Source of the DNA: an uncultured Chthonomonadaceae bacterium
Lineage (GTDB): Bacteria; Armatimonadota; Chthonomonadetes; Chthonomonadales; Chthonomonadaceae
Direction of reading: 5' to 3'
Assembly: GCA_963817895.1 (NCBI GenBank)
Contig: CAWFQB010000003.1
Span: forward strand, 576,001 to 640,000
Length of the DNA: 64,000 nucleotides
Shown here: piece after piece, positions 52,015 to 61,632 of the stretch
How positions within the stretch are numbered: position 1 is the stretch's first letter
Layout: every line of letters starts with the position of its first letter
Translations under genes and position numbers: made by a program
The notes under the pieces: model-generated
Told to the model about the DNA's origin: nothing
Database searches by the model: none
What the model saw: only the letters and a program-made list of their open reading frames with translations

Positions 52015-53430
52015 ATATCCGTTACGCGCTGCACAATCTCAAACTGGCGCTGGCTTCCCCCTGATTGCGGCGTTGCTGGCACAGCGGTACGCTTCCGGCA
52101 AATCGAAACCGGGTTGGGCGGAGCGTTGGGGGCATTTGCCGTCCGCGCTTCATTCCGGGGCGAGTTCGCGCCCCCGTATCTGGGTTCATGCCGTGTCTGC
52201 CGGGGAAGTGGTTGCCGCTGTTCCCATTTTGCGCGAGTTGCGCGCATTGCTGCCCACGCATGACCTGCTGTTTTCCACCACGACGCCCGCCGGTCACGAG
52301 ATGGCCGAGCAGCAGGCGAAGCCTTACATTGACGGCCTGTTTTATTTTCCGTTCGATCTGCCCTGGGTGACGCGCCGGGTTGTGGAAACCATTCGCCCAC
52401 AGGTATTCGTCAGTCTGGAAAGCGAGTTGTGGCCGAACCTGCTGCATGAACTGAAACGGCAGGGCTGCCGGACAGTTATGGTGAACGGGCGGATTTCCGA
52501 GCAGAGTTACCGGCGTTCGCGCAAATTCGCGCACAGCCTGTTTCGCTGGATGCTGGGGAACATGGATCGCCTGCTGATGCAGTCCGCCCCGGATGCGCAG
52601 CGCATTTGCGAATTGGGACAGTTGAACGCATCGGACAAGGTTACGGTTATCGGCAATTCCAAGTTTGACCAGAAGATCGCACGTCTGGATGAGGAACAGT
52701 GCCGCGAACTGCGCCGAAACCTGTATTTACCAGAAACGGCTCCCGTTTTTGTGGCCGGAAGCACTCGCAGCGCGGAGGAAGAGGCGCAGGTAATCGCCGC
52801 TTACAACACCATGCGGCAGCAGGTTCCCGACCTGTGCCTGATTATCGCGCCCCGACAGATTGATCGCGCCCCGGAACTGGCAGCGGCGATGCAGTCGGCA
52901 GGTTTGTCGCCCGTCTTACGCTCTGAAACTAGAGGAGACAAGGAGACAAGGAGACAAGGAGACAAGGAGACACAGGGAGAATTCTCATCCCTCATCCCGG
53001 GCGTCACCGCAGGGAAGGACACATCCCTCATCCCTTATCCTTGACACTATGGGCGAACTGGCGGATGTGTATGCGGTGGCGACGATTGCGTTTGTGGGCA
53101 ACAGTTTCGCGCCCGTAGTGAAGGGTGGGGGACAGAACCTGCTGCAACCGCTTGCGCATGGTAAGCCTGTGTTGTTCGGGCCGCATATCGCGACCATACG
53201 CGCCGAAGCCCTGTTAGCCATCGAAGCCGGAGTCGGGTTCAAGGTGGCGGACGGGGCGGAACTGGCGCAGCGCGGGTTGGAATTGCTGACGGATACGAAA
53301 CTACAGGCGGAAATCGCGGTTCGCGCTATTGACCTGATTGCCGCCAATCAGGGGGTATCGCGGCGGTACGCGGAAATGGTTGCGGAACAGGCGAAGGCCG
53401 TATTGCCCCCTTTTGAGAAGGCGGGCGTGA
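52015..53430 (+). CDS. waaA: Kdo transferase (start region and internal repeat insert frameshifted; reads in-frame into lpxK as assembled)
   Basis: IWVHAVSAGE, YFPFD, ESELWPN, NGRIS, GNSKFD, AGST...EE, APR, DTMGEL...Y, GGQN.L.P. Confidence 0.9.
52930..53041 (+). repeat. Short tandem repeat insert inside waaA
   Basis: (GGAGACAA)x4 followed by TCATCCC units, with a nested 23-bp segment flanked by 13-bp direct repeats. Confidence 0.85.
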
Positions 53431-54648
53431 CGCTGCTTACCGCAAGCGTCAGCAGGCAGACGGTAATGGCTGCGCCGCGTTCGCAAACGGATACAGAGCA
53501 ACCGGCAAAAGACAAGCGCCTGGAAACGTATCTGTTGGAAGTGGCGCGGGGCAAGCCCGGAGTGGCCCCCGCCCTGCTGCGCGGCATCACGAGCGCGTTG
53601 GCTCCCGTGTATTGCGCCGGACTGAAAACGTATCTGCTGCCATACAATGTGGGATTACGGAAACGTAAGCGTTTAGATTGCCCGGTGATTTGTATCGGCA
53701 ATCTGACGACCGGGCGGAACGGGCAAAACGCCCATGACGCAATTACTGTGCCGACAGTTGCAGGCGCAGAATAAGCGTGTCGTGATTTTAAGCCGGGGCT
53801 ATGGCGGCGAAAATGAGTACGGCAGCGCGATTGTTTCGGATACGAAGGAAGTGCTGCTGACCGCGAAACAGGCGGGCGACGAGGCGTTTTTGCTGGCGTC
53901 CACGCTGCCGGGGATTCCGGTTGTCGTCGGCAAAGATCGGCGGATAACGGGCGCGTTGGCAGCCGAGCGGTTCGCGCCGGATGTAATTGTACTGGACGAT
54001 GGGATGCAGTTCTGGCAACTGCATCGTGATTTAGATATTGTGTTGCTCAACGCCCTTGCGCCGTTCGATAATGGCTGGACGTTTCCGCGCGGGCTATTGC
54101 GAGAACCGCCCTCGCATTTGAAACGCGCGGGCATCATCGTACTGACGAACGCGCGCCGCGCATCACTGGAACAACTGGCCTACGCGCAAAGCCAAATCAA
54201 GCGTTTCGCGCCGGGAAAGCCTGTATTTACCGCCGATCTCGCGCCTGCCACGCTGCGAACTTTTGCGGAAAATACATGCCTGACCCTGGAATGGCTGCGT
54301 GGCAGAAGAGTTGCCGCTCTAAGCGCACTGGGAAACCCGAAATCGTTCGAGGCCACACTGGAAGGTTTAGAAGCCATCCTTGTAACCCGTTTTCGGTTCC
54401 GCGATCATCAGGAAATCGGCGCGACAGAACTTCAGCGAGTCTCGACAGAGGCGCAGGCGGCGGACGCGGACGCGATTGTCACCACAGCCAAAGATGGCGT
54501 GAAGATTGCAGCCTGGAGTGGTGAGCTTCCATTGCATATCTTAGATGTGGCAGTGCAGGTAGACCGTGAGGCAGATTTTTTGAATGTGGTTGAAGATGTG
54601 TTAAGAGCCTATCCCGTTAGGCCGGGTACAAAGAACGTACCCGTCTGA
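53427..54648 (+). CDS. lpxK: Tetraacyldisaccharide 4'-kinase (frameshift near 53712)
   Basis: PVICIGNLTTG[G]TGKTP, ILSRGYG, AGDE, LDDGMQ...L.RDLDIVL, PRGLLREP, F.DH, TTAKD.VK. Confidence 0.92.
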
Positions 54649-54776
54649 GTGGCCTGCGGCCAAGCGTCCTTCGGACGCAATCCACAAACAATGAGGCATT
54701 TGCGTCCGCAGGAGGACATAACAAGTTATGTCCCTACGCGGAACGCCACCGAGACAGGGGTTTTCAACCCCTGGCA
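54601..54776. repeat. REP-like element copy D, which supplies the lpxK stop codon
   Basis: Matches copy C over 79 nt, ends agacaggggttttcaacccctggca, and contains a nested palindrome ggacataac-aa-gttatgtcc. Confidence 0.85.
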
Positions 54777-54804
54777 CAGTAAATTGTCAGCGTTTGTTTG
54801 ACCT

Positions 54805-55740
54805 ATGACTCAGAATACATCGCAAGTAGTTCAGACGGTTCCATTCCGTAAGCGCGCGGAACGAACCGCAGGGCGCATCGGGCTTCGGCTTCTGGTAGGG
54901 CCGCTCCGCGCTCTGCCCTTGCCAGTTACGCGGGCTTTTGGGCGGAGCGTCGGGCGGCGTGTTGTTTTTGACGTTGGGCCGTTATCGCCGCGTGGCTTTC
55001 AAAAATCTGAATCTGGTATACGGGCGCGAATTCGATGAGAATAAGCGGCGGCAGATGGCGAAAGAGGTGTTTCGGAACTTTGGCGAAACCGCTGCCGAAT
55101 TCCTCAAACTGCCGCAAATGCCGCTGTCCGCAGTAGATGCGCTTGTCAGCGTGCATGGCGAAGAAAATCTGAAGCAGGCGATGGACATGGGGCAGGGCGT
55201 TTTGCTGATTACCGGGCATTTCGGCAACTGGGAGTTTCTGGCCCGCTGGCTGAACCTGCACGGCTACCCGCTCAATGTGGTTTCCCGTCGCGCCAATGAC
55301 CCGGAAGCGGAAAAACTGTTACAGGATACGCGCACGGAGGGCGGGGCGCAGGTATTCAACCGGGGTAATTCGGCCCGCGCCGTGCTGCAATGCCTGAAGA
55401 AAAAAGAGATTGTCGCGCTGCTGCCGGATCAAAACGCCGGTGACGTGTTCGTGCCGTTTATGGGTGTGCGAACCGGAACCGTAGACGGGCCGGGAATCAT
55501 TCACCTGAAGACGGGCGCGCCCCTGCTTTTTAGTTGGTGCGTGCGGACGCCCGACGACCGTTTCGAGATTACCTTTGAGCCGCCCGTTTGTCGCGGAGGC
55601 AACCGGAAATCGCGCCCACGATGTAGAAATCGGTGATGGCCTGCGTCAATGCGCGGCTGGAAGCGCAGGTGCGTAAATATCCGACGCAATGGCTGTGGCT
55701 GCACGACCGCTGGAAACATACGCCGGAAGTGTTTGAGTAG
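54805..55740 (+). CDS. Lipid A late acyltransferase, HtrB/LpxL family (frameshifts near 54945 and 55590)
   Basis: TGHFGNWE, LLPDQ, VPF.G; third frame ends KYPTQWLWLHDRWK. Confidence 0.88.
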
Positions 55741-55823
55741 GTGGTTGGTGGTGGGTGACTGGTGACTGGTAATCACCCTGATTGCCGTCTACACGATTAA
55801 GATTTATGGAAAAGCGACGTTTT

Positions 55824-56924
55824 ATGAAAGAGAAATACCACCAACCACCAACCACCAATCACCGACCACCAGCCGCCGTTGATCTGAACCAGGTGCAGCG
55901 CGTGTTGATTATCAAGATGAGCGCGTTGGGCAACATCATTCACGCCCTGCCCGTGTCCGCCGCGCTGAAAGAGGCGTATCCGCATCTGGAACTCTCGTGG
56001 GCGGTGGAAGAGGCGTTTATGCCCCTTGTCGCGCACAACCCGTATCTGCACAAAGTGTTCAAACTGCCTAAAATGAGCGGCAGGCGGCTGCGTTCCGGTA
56101 AGGCGTGGCGCGAGTGCGTGAAGCGGCTCAACGTGGTGCGGCAGGAGAATTTCGAGGTCACGCTGGATTTGCAGGGATTGACCAAAAGCGCGACGGTTGC
56201 CGCGTGGTCGGGGGCGAAAACGCGATTGGGGTATCACTGGCTGCGCGAACTGGCGCCCCTGATGGAAACGCCCGTGCCGCAGCATCCCGAAAGCGTTCAC
56301 ATCGTAGATCAATATCTGGATGTCGCCCGGTTTTTAGGGGCTTGCCCGAACAAAGCGCATTTTCCGCTTACAATCTCCGACGAAGACGACCAGGTTGTTA
56401 CGCGAATGTTGAATGAGGCGGGTTTGGACGCAAATGCGCCTTTTATCGCCATAAACCCGGCCTCGGCACAACGTATCAAAATGTGGGGCGTAGAAAAATA
56501 TAGCGCGTTGATAGATGCGATTAGCAATGAATTAGGAATAGTCTCTGTTCTGGTGACGGCGGATGGCGAGGTGGCGGCGCAGGTGGCCGCGCATGCGCAA
56601 CGCCCGTTTGTCAATCTGGCGCAACGCACCAGCCTGATACAACTCGCCGCTGTGCTGAAACGCTGTGGGGCGCATGTCTGCGGGGATACGGGTTCGGGGC
56701 ATATCGCGGCGGCGTTCGCGCGTCCCGTTGTCAGCATCATGGGGCCGACAAACCCGGACAGGCTGTGTCCCTACGGACAACAGGAGTATGTAATACGCCG
56801 CGCGGATTGCTGCAGCGCGGGTTGTAACGCGCGCCACTGCGAGTTCGCCGCGCCCCGCTGCCTGGAAGCCGTTCAGGTATCGGATGTGATGGAGATGTTG
56901 CGCCGTTGCCTTGCCGTTCAGTGA
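55824..56924 (+). CDS. GT9 heptosyltransferase (WaaC/WaaF-like)
   Basis: VLIIKMSALGNIIHALP, LDLQGL.KS, HIVD.YL, K.W, DTG.GHIAAA, MGPT. Confidence 0.9.
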   Translation: MKEKYHQPPTTNHRPPAAVDLNQVQRVLIIKMSALGNIIHALPVSAALKEAYPHLELSWAVEEAFMPLVAHNPYLHKVFKLPKMSGRRLRSGKAWRECVKRLNVVRQENFEVTLDLQGLTKSATVAAWSGAKTRLGYHWLRELAPLMETPVPQHPESVHIVDQYLDVARFLGACPNKAHFPLTISDEDDQVVTRMLNEAGLDANAPFIAINPASAQRIKMWGVEKYSALIDAISNELGIVSVLVTADGEVAAQVAAHAQRPFVNLAQRTSLIQLAAVLKRCGAHVCGDTGSGHIAAAFARPVVSIMGPTNPDRLCPYGQQEYVIRRADCCSAGCNARHCEFAAPRCLEAVQVSDVMEMLRRCLAVQ

Positions 56925-56964
56925 GAGTGTGAAAACACGGAAAACTAAAGTTTAAGGTTCATTA

Positions 56965-57133
56965 ACTACCGGACACATTTTTCCGGGCATTGAAAATACC
57001 CGTCTGAATGGCGTTCCGCCAAGCGTCCTTCGGACGCGGGAGGCTGTTAAACAGGAATTGGCGTCCGAAGGACGCTTGGCCGTAGGCCATGTAGACAGGG
57101 GTTTTCAACCCCTGGCAAAAGGTGTCCGGTAGT
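56965..57133. repeat. REP/REPIN-like element copy E, with 12-bp perfect outer inverted repeats
   Basis: actaccggacac...gtgtccggtagt enclosing ccaagcgtccttcggacgc / gcgtccgaaggacgcttgg. Confidence 0.85.
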
Positions 57134-57193
57134 GAAAAGGTTCAGAATGAGTTTCAAAAGAATAACTATTCGAGCGCTAAGGGAGTTGGCAGC

Positions 57194-58129
57194 ATGGAGT
57201 TGATTCCGGTTGATATCGGCAATGCGGATACCGCGTACCGAGCCAGGCTGTGTCAGCAACTGGAGCAGGGCAACATTCTGCTGCTGGAAAAGACGCCGTT
57301 TTTGCCGTCCCCGTCCGATGGGGAGTTTCTGCGCGCGCAGAAGCAGTCGCAGCGGGCTTCGCATAAAAACATCGCGTACAAGCCGCATTTGCAGCGCGCG
57401 ACGGGTACAGGAGCGTTGGAAGCCGAAGAAGCGGAGCGCCTGCGCGTGGTTCTGGCCGCGTATTCGGAGGGCGCGCTGGCGTCTTTGAGCGCATTGTTTC
57501 CCAACTATGCGCGGGAATGGAGAGTGGATTACGCCAGTTTTCGGCCTGTGGAGGAGCAGGGACGGCAACTGGCAATCAGCCATCGCAATGACCTGCTGCA
57601 TCTGGATGCGTTCCCCACACGCCCCACGCACGGCGGGCGTATCCTGCGCGCGTTCACGAACCTGAATACGGACAAAGACCGTATATGGGCCACTTCGGAC
57701 GATTTTGAAGACCTTGCTTCCCGGTATGCGATAGCAGCCGGGTTGGGCAAAGTCACATCTCCCTGGGCCAATCTGAATCGGCAAACCATGAAACTGCGCC
57801 ATCTAATCGGCCTTCGCGCGATTGACCGCTCGGCGTATGACCAGTTCATGCTGGATTTCCACCACTATCTAAAGGCCAACACGGATTATCAGCAGTCCGG
57901 GCAGCGCAACCGCTGGACGTTCCCGCCCGGTTCGACGTGGATTACGTTTACCGATCAGGTGGCCCATGCGGTTGTTTCCGGCCAGTACGCGCTGGAACAG
58001 ACCTGCATTGTGCCGATGCGCGCCCTGATGCAGCCGGAACTGGCCCCGCTTTCTGTTCTGGAACGGTTGGCCGGCAAGCCGCTGACGCCGCCTGCTTCGC
58101 GCGCTCATCTGCCCGCCGCATCCGCCTGA
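57194..58129 (+). CDS. kdoO: Kdo hydroxylase (KdoO family, Fe(II)/2-oxoglutarate dioxygenase)
   Basis: HKNIAY, SFRP, LHLDAFPTRPT.G.RILR.F.N.N, RS.YD.FML.FH..LK, FPPGSTW..FTDQV.HA..SGQYALEQT. Confidence 0.85.
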   Translation: MELIPVDIGNADTAYRARLCQQLEQGNILLLEKTPFLPSPSDGEFLRAQKQSQRASHKNIAYKPHLQRATGTGALEAEEAERLRVVLAAYSEGALASLSALFPNYAREWRVDYASFRPVEEQGRQLAISHRNDLLHLDAFPTRPTHGGRILRAFTNLNTDKDRIWATSDDFEDLASRYAIAAGLGKVTSPWANLNRQTMKLRHLIGLRAIDRSAYDQFMLDFHHYLKANTDYQQSGQRNRWTFPPGSTWITFTDQVAHAVVSGQYALEQTCIVPMRALMQPELAPLSVLERLAGKPLTPPASRAHLPAASA

Positions 58130-58156
58130 TAAAGCCTGCAAATTTAGCGACCGCTT

Positions 58157-59415
58157 ATGAGCCGAAAATCGCTTCCCGATCTGAATAAGGCGCGGCGTGT
58201 GCTGATTATCCGGGGCAGCGCGATTGGCGACGTAATTCATGCTATGCCCCTTTCCGCCGTCCTCAAGGAAGCGTACCCGCATCTGGAAATTACCTGGATT
58301 GTGGAAGAAATCTGCGGTGACGTGGCGCTTGGCAATCCCTATCTGCATGAGGTGATCGTCACGCCCCGTTCGCGCTGGAAGCGGGGGCGGCTTTCACCGC
58401 GTATCTGGGGCGAGTACCTGATGTTTCTGCGCGGTTTGCGCGCCGACGTTTCGACGTGACCCTGGACTTGCAGGGCTACGCGAAAAGCGCGATTCTCGCC
58501 CTTGCCGCCCGCGCGCCCTATCGCCTGGGCTGGTGGCGGCAGCGGGATGGCGCGAATCTGGTGAACACGGCCATTCCCCGCCGACCGGAAAGCGTTCACC
58601 GCGTGGACTGGTTTCTGGACGTTGCCCGCGCGCTCGGCGCCCACCCCTCCCACATCCGCTTCCCCCTGCAAATTCCCGATGAGGCGCGCGCATATATTCA
58701 TACCCTGCTCAGAGACGGCGGCATTGACCCGGCCAAACCGTATGCCGTGCTGAATCAGGCGGCGGGCGATCAGGCGCGGCGATGGACGGAAGAGGGGTTT
58801 GCCCGCGTCGCCTGGCAACTGGCGAAACAATACGGTATGCCCTCCGTGCTTGTCGGCGTGAAAAGCGATCAGGAACCGAACGCCGCCATTATCCGGCAGT
58901 ACCGCGAACTGACGCAATCTGCGCAACAAAACACAACGGGCATCGGCGCTGCGGAAACGATAGCGGTCACGCGCCAAAATGCCGACACTGTTAGAGAACC
59001 CCTGGATGTTGCCGGACAAACCAACTTAAAACAACTATTCGCGCTGATTGACGGCTGCGCCATTCAGATCAGCGGCGATACCGGTTCCCTGCACATCGCG
59101 GACGCCCTGAATCGCCCGCTTGTCGGATTGTACGGTTCCAGCGACCCCGCCCACGCCGGCCCCTATCATCAGCAATCCAATATTCTATCCCGCCGCGACC
59201 TGTGCCGCCCGGAGTGCAGTGTGCGCCGCTGCGCGTTTGAGGAAGAAGAGGAGAAGACTGATGAAGTTTCCTTACCCCTTACCCCTTATCCTTTACCCCT
59301 TTTTACTTCTCGTTGTTTGCAAGCGATTACGCCGGAAGAGGTGATGCGGAAAGTGGCGGAATTGTTGGGGGCAGGAGATGTTGAAAGTGGCAATCGGGAG
59401 CGGGGCGCGGAATGA
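58157..59415 (+). CDS. Second GT9 heptosyltransferase (frameshift near 58445)
   Basis: VLIIRGSAIGDVIHAMP, LDLQG..KS, HRVD, GQTNL.QL, DTGSLHIA.AL. Confidence 0.88.
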
Positions 59416-60519
59416 ATATTCTGGAAATCTGTTCCGGGGCGGAAGTGAATGGCGCGGTGATTCATTGCCTGCTGCTGACGCGCAGTTTGGCGCAGCGGGG
59501 GCATCGGGTTATGCTGCTGTGCCGTCCCAACGCCTGGATTGCGGAACAATTGGCGGGAGAAGATGTTGAGATTGTCGTCTCGGATATGCATCGCTGGCCG
59601 CTGGATGAGTTGCGCCGGATTGCCGCCCTGTGCCGCGAACGCGATATAAATATTATCCATACGCACATGACGCGCGCCCATAATTTCGGCGTGTTCCTGC
59701 GCCGGTTTGCCCGTATTCCCTGCGTCGCCACCGCCCATACCCATTTGATGCAGCCGAATTGGATGTTCAATGATTATGTGATTGCGGTTTCCGACGCCAC
59801 AAAGCGGTTTCAACAATCGCGGAACCGGGTGCGGGCGGATCGCATCGAAACCGTGCATGGTTTCATGGATTTCCCCCGGTTCGCCGAACGTGGGGGCAGA
59901 AGCGCGGAGCGCGATTCGGCATGCGTTAGGCATCCCAGACGATACGCCCCTGCTGGCGATTATCGGCGACATCATTCCGCGCAAGGGGCTGCTGTATCTG
60001 ATACGCGCCCTGCCGAAAATCCTGAAAGCGGTTCCTGATGTCCGGCTGGCGATTGTGGGCGAACCCAAGCGCGGCACGGAATACTATGAGAAGGCGCGGG
60101 CGGAGGCGCAGAAGTTGGGCGTCAACGACAGCATTTTGTGGCTCGGACATCGCAACGACGTGCCGCAGATTATGGCCGGATTAGACGTGTATATTCTGGC
60201 TTCGCTGGATGAGATGTTTCCGGTTGCCGTCCTGGAAGCGATGGCGGCGGGCAAAGCGATAGTGGCAACAAGAGTGGGCGGCGTACCGGAGTGTGTACAG
60301 GATGGGGAAAACGGGTATCTGATACCCTCGGAAAATCCGAATGCGCTGGCCGACGCTGTGTTAAAACTTCTCAGCAATCCACAGATGCGAGGCGAAATGG
60401 GCGCGCGGGCGCGGGAATTGGCGCGGCAGGAGTTTTCCGTGGAAAGTCAGACGCCACGCCTGGAAGCCGTATTTGCGCGCCTGATAGAACGCGATCATCA
60501 GAAAAGTAGCCGCCAATAA
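59412..60519 (+). CDS. GT4 glycosyltransferase (frameshift near 59890)
   Basis: IIHTH, ATAH, IAVS, RKG..YL, DVYILAS..E.FP..VLEAMA.G..IVAT.VGG..E. Confidence 0.9.
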
Positions 60520-60596
60520 ACGCGAATGAACGCAAATAGTGGAACGGCACAACTAAAAAGGAACGCGAAGTGAATGAGACGGGGAAATCTGAAACA

Positions 60597-61632
60597 ATGG
60601 AACAAGCCTTGTCTATAGGCGAAACGCGCGTACTGATTACGGGCGCGAATGGTTTTGTCGGACGGCATTTGATAGCCCATTTACTGGAGGCGCGGAACGT
60701 AACTCTGTCATCCTTGAAAATCATTGCGGCTGTGCATCTGAATGATGTAAACCGGATGCGACAGGAATACGAAGACCCGTTCTGTGGCGGCGCGGGCTGG
60801 GTCGGGGGAACTGTCGGCGGTCAGGTTGAAATTGCTGGCATGGAGTTGAGTGATGCGGCCAGTCTGGAAGCCCTGGTTGCCGAACATCAGCCGCAGCAAA
60901 TCTATCATCTTGCGGCCCGCTCTTCGGGCGCGGACGCAGACAGGGACGCGATTTTTGCCGCCAATGTGGGCGGAACGCCGCGCCCTGCTGGAAGCCGCGT
61001 CACTGCTGAAGCCTTTTCCCCGCGTGTTGCTGGCAAGCACAGGGTATGTTTACGGCAATACCGAGCGGGAACGTCCCGCGCAGGAAACCGATCCGATTGG
61101 CCCCCTGTGGAAGTACGGGGCGTATGCGGACAGCAAAATGGAGATGGAAAATGTCGCGAAAGCGTATCGCGGGCTGGCAGTAACGGCGCGGGCGTTCGCG
61201 CATACCGGGCCCGGACAAACCGCCGCGTTTGCCGTCCCCGCTTTTGCCCGCCAGATCGCCCGCATGGAACGCGGTTTAGAGCCGCCCGAATTGCGCGTCG
61301 GCAACCTGGACGCGCTGCGCGACCTGATGGATGTTCGGGATGTGGTACGCGCCTATGCCCTGCTGATGAACAGCGATACGCCTTCGGGCGCGGCTTTCAA
61401 TGTTTCCACCGGGCAAGCCGGTACAGATGCGCGGGGTTGTCGAACGCCTGTGTTCGTTGAGCGCGGTACATCCCGCCATTGTTGTTGACCCTGCCCGCCT
61501 GCGTCCGCTCGACATCGCCTGTTCGACCGGCGACCCGTCTAAATTGCAGGCCGCTAACCGGCTGGAAACCACAAATCGCGCTGGACGACACGCTGCGCGA
61601 CATGCTGGAATTCTGGCGCAGCGTTACGATGA
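60597..61632 (+). CDS. NDP-sugar epimerase/reductase, GDP-4-keto-6-deoxymannose reductase (Rmd)-like; several frameshifts, exact end uncertain
   Basis: LITGANGFVG.HL, IYHLAA, Y..SK, R.F.HTGPGQ, VGNL...RD..DVRDVVRAY, DPARLRP.D, GWKPQI.L..TL.D.L.FWR. Confidence 0.82.

Noticed and set aside
30915..57133. Dispersed palindromes as a CRISPR array or autonomous IS
   Set aside because: Copies are kilobases apart, have no spacer periodicity and encode no transposase.
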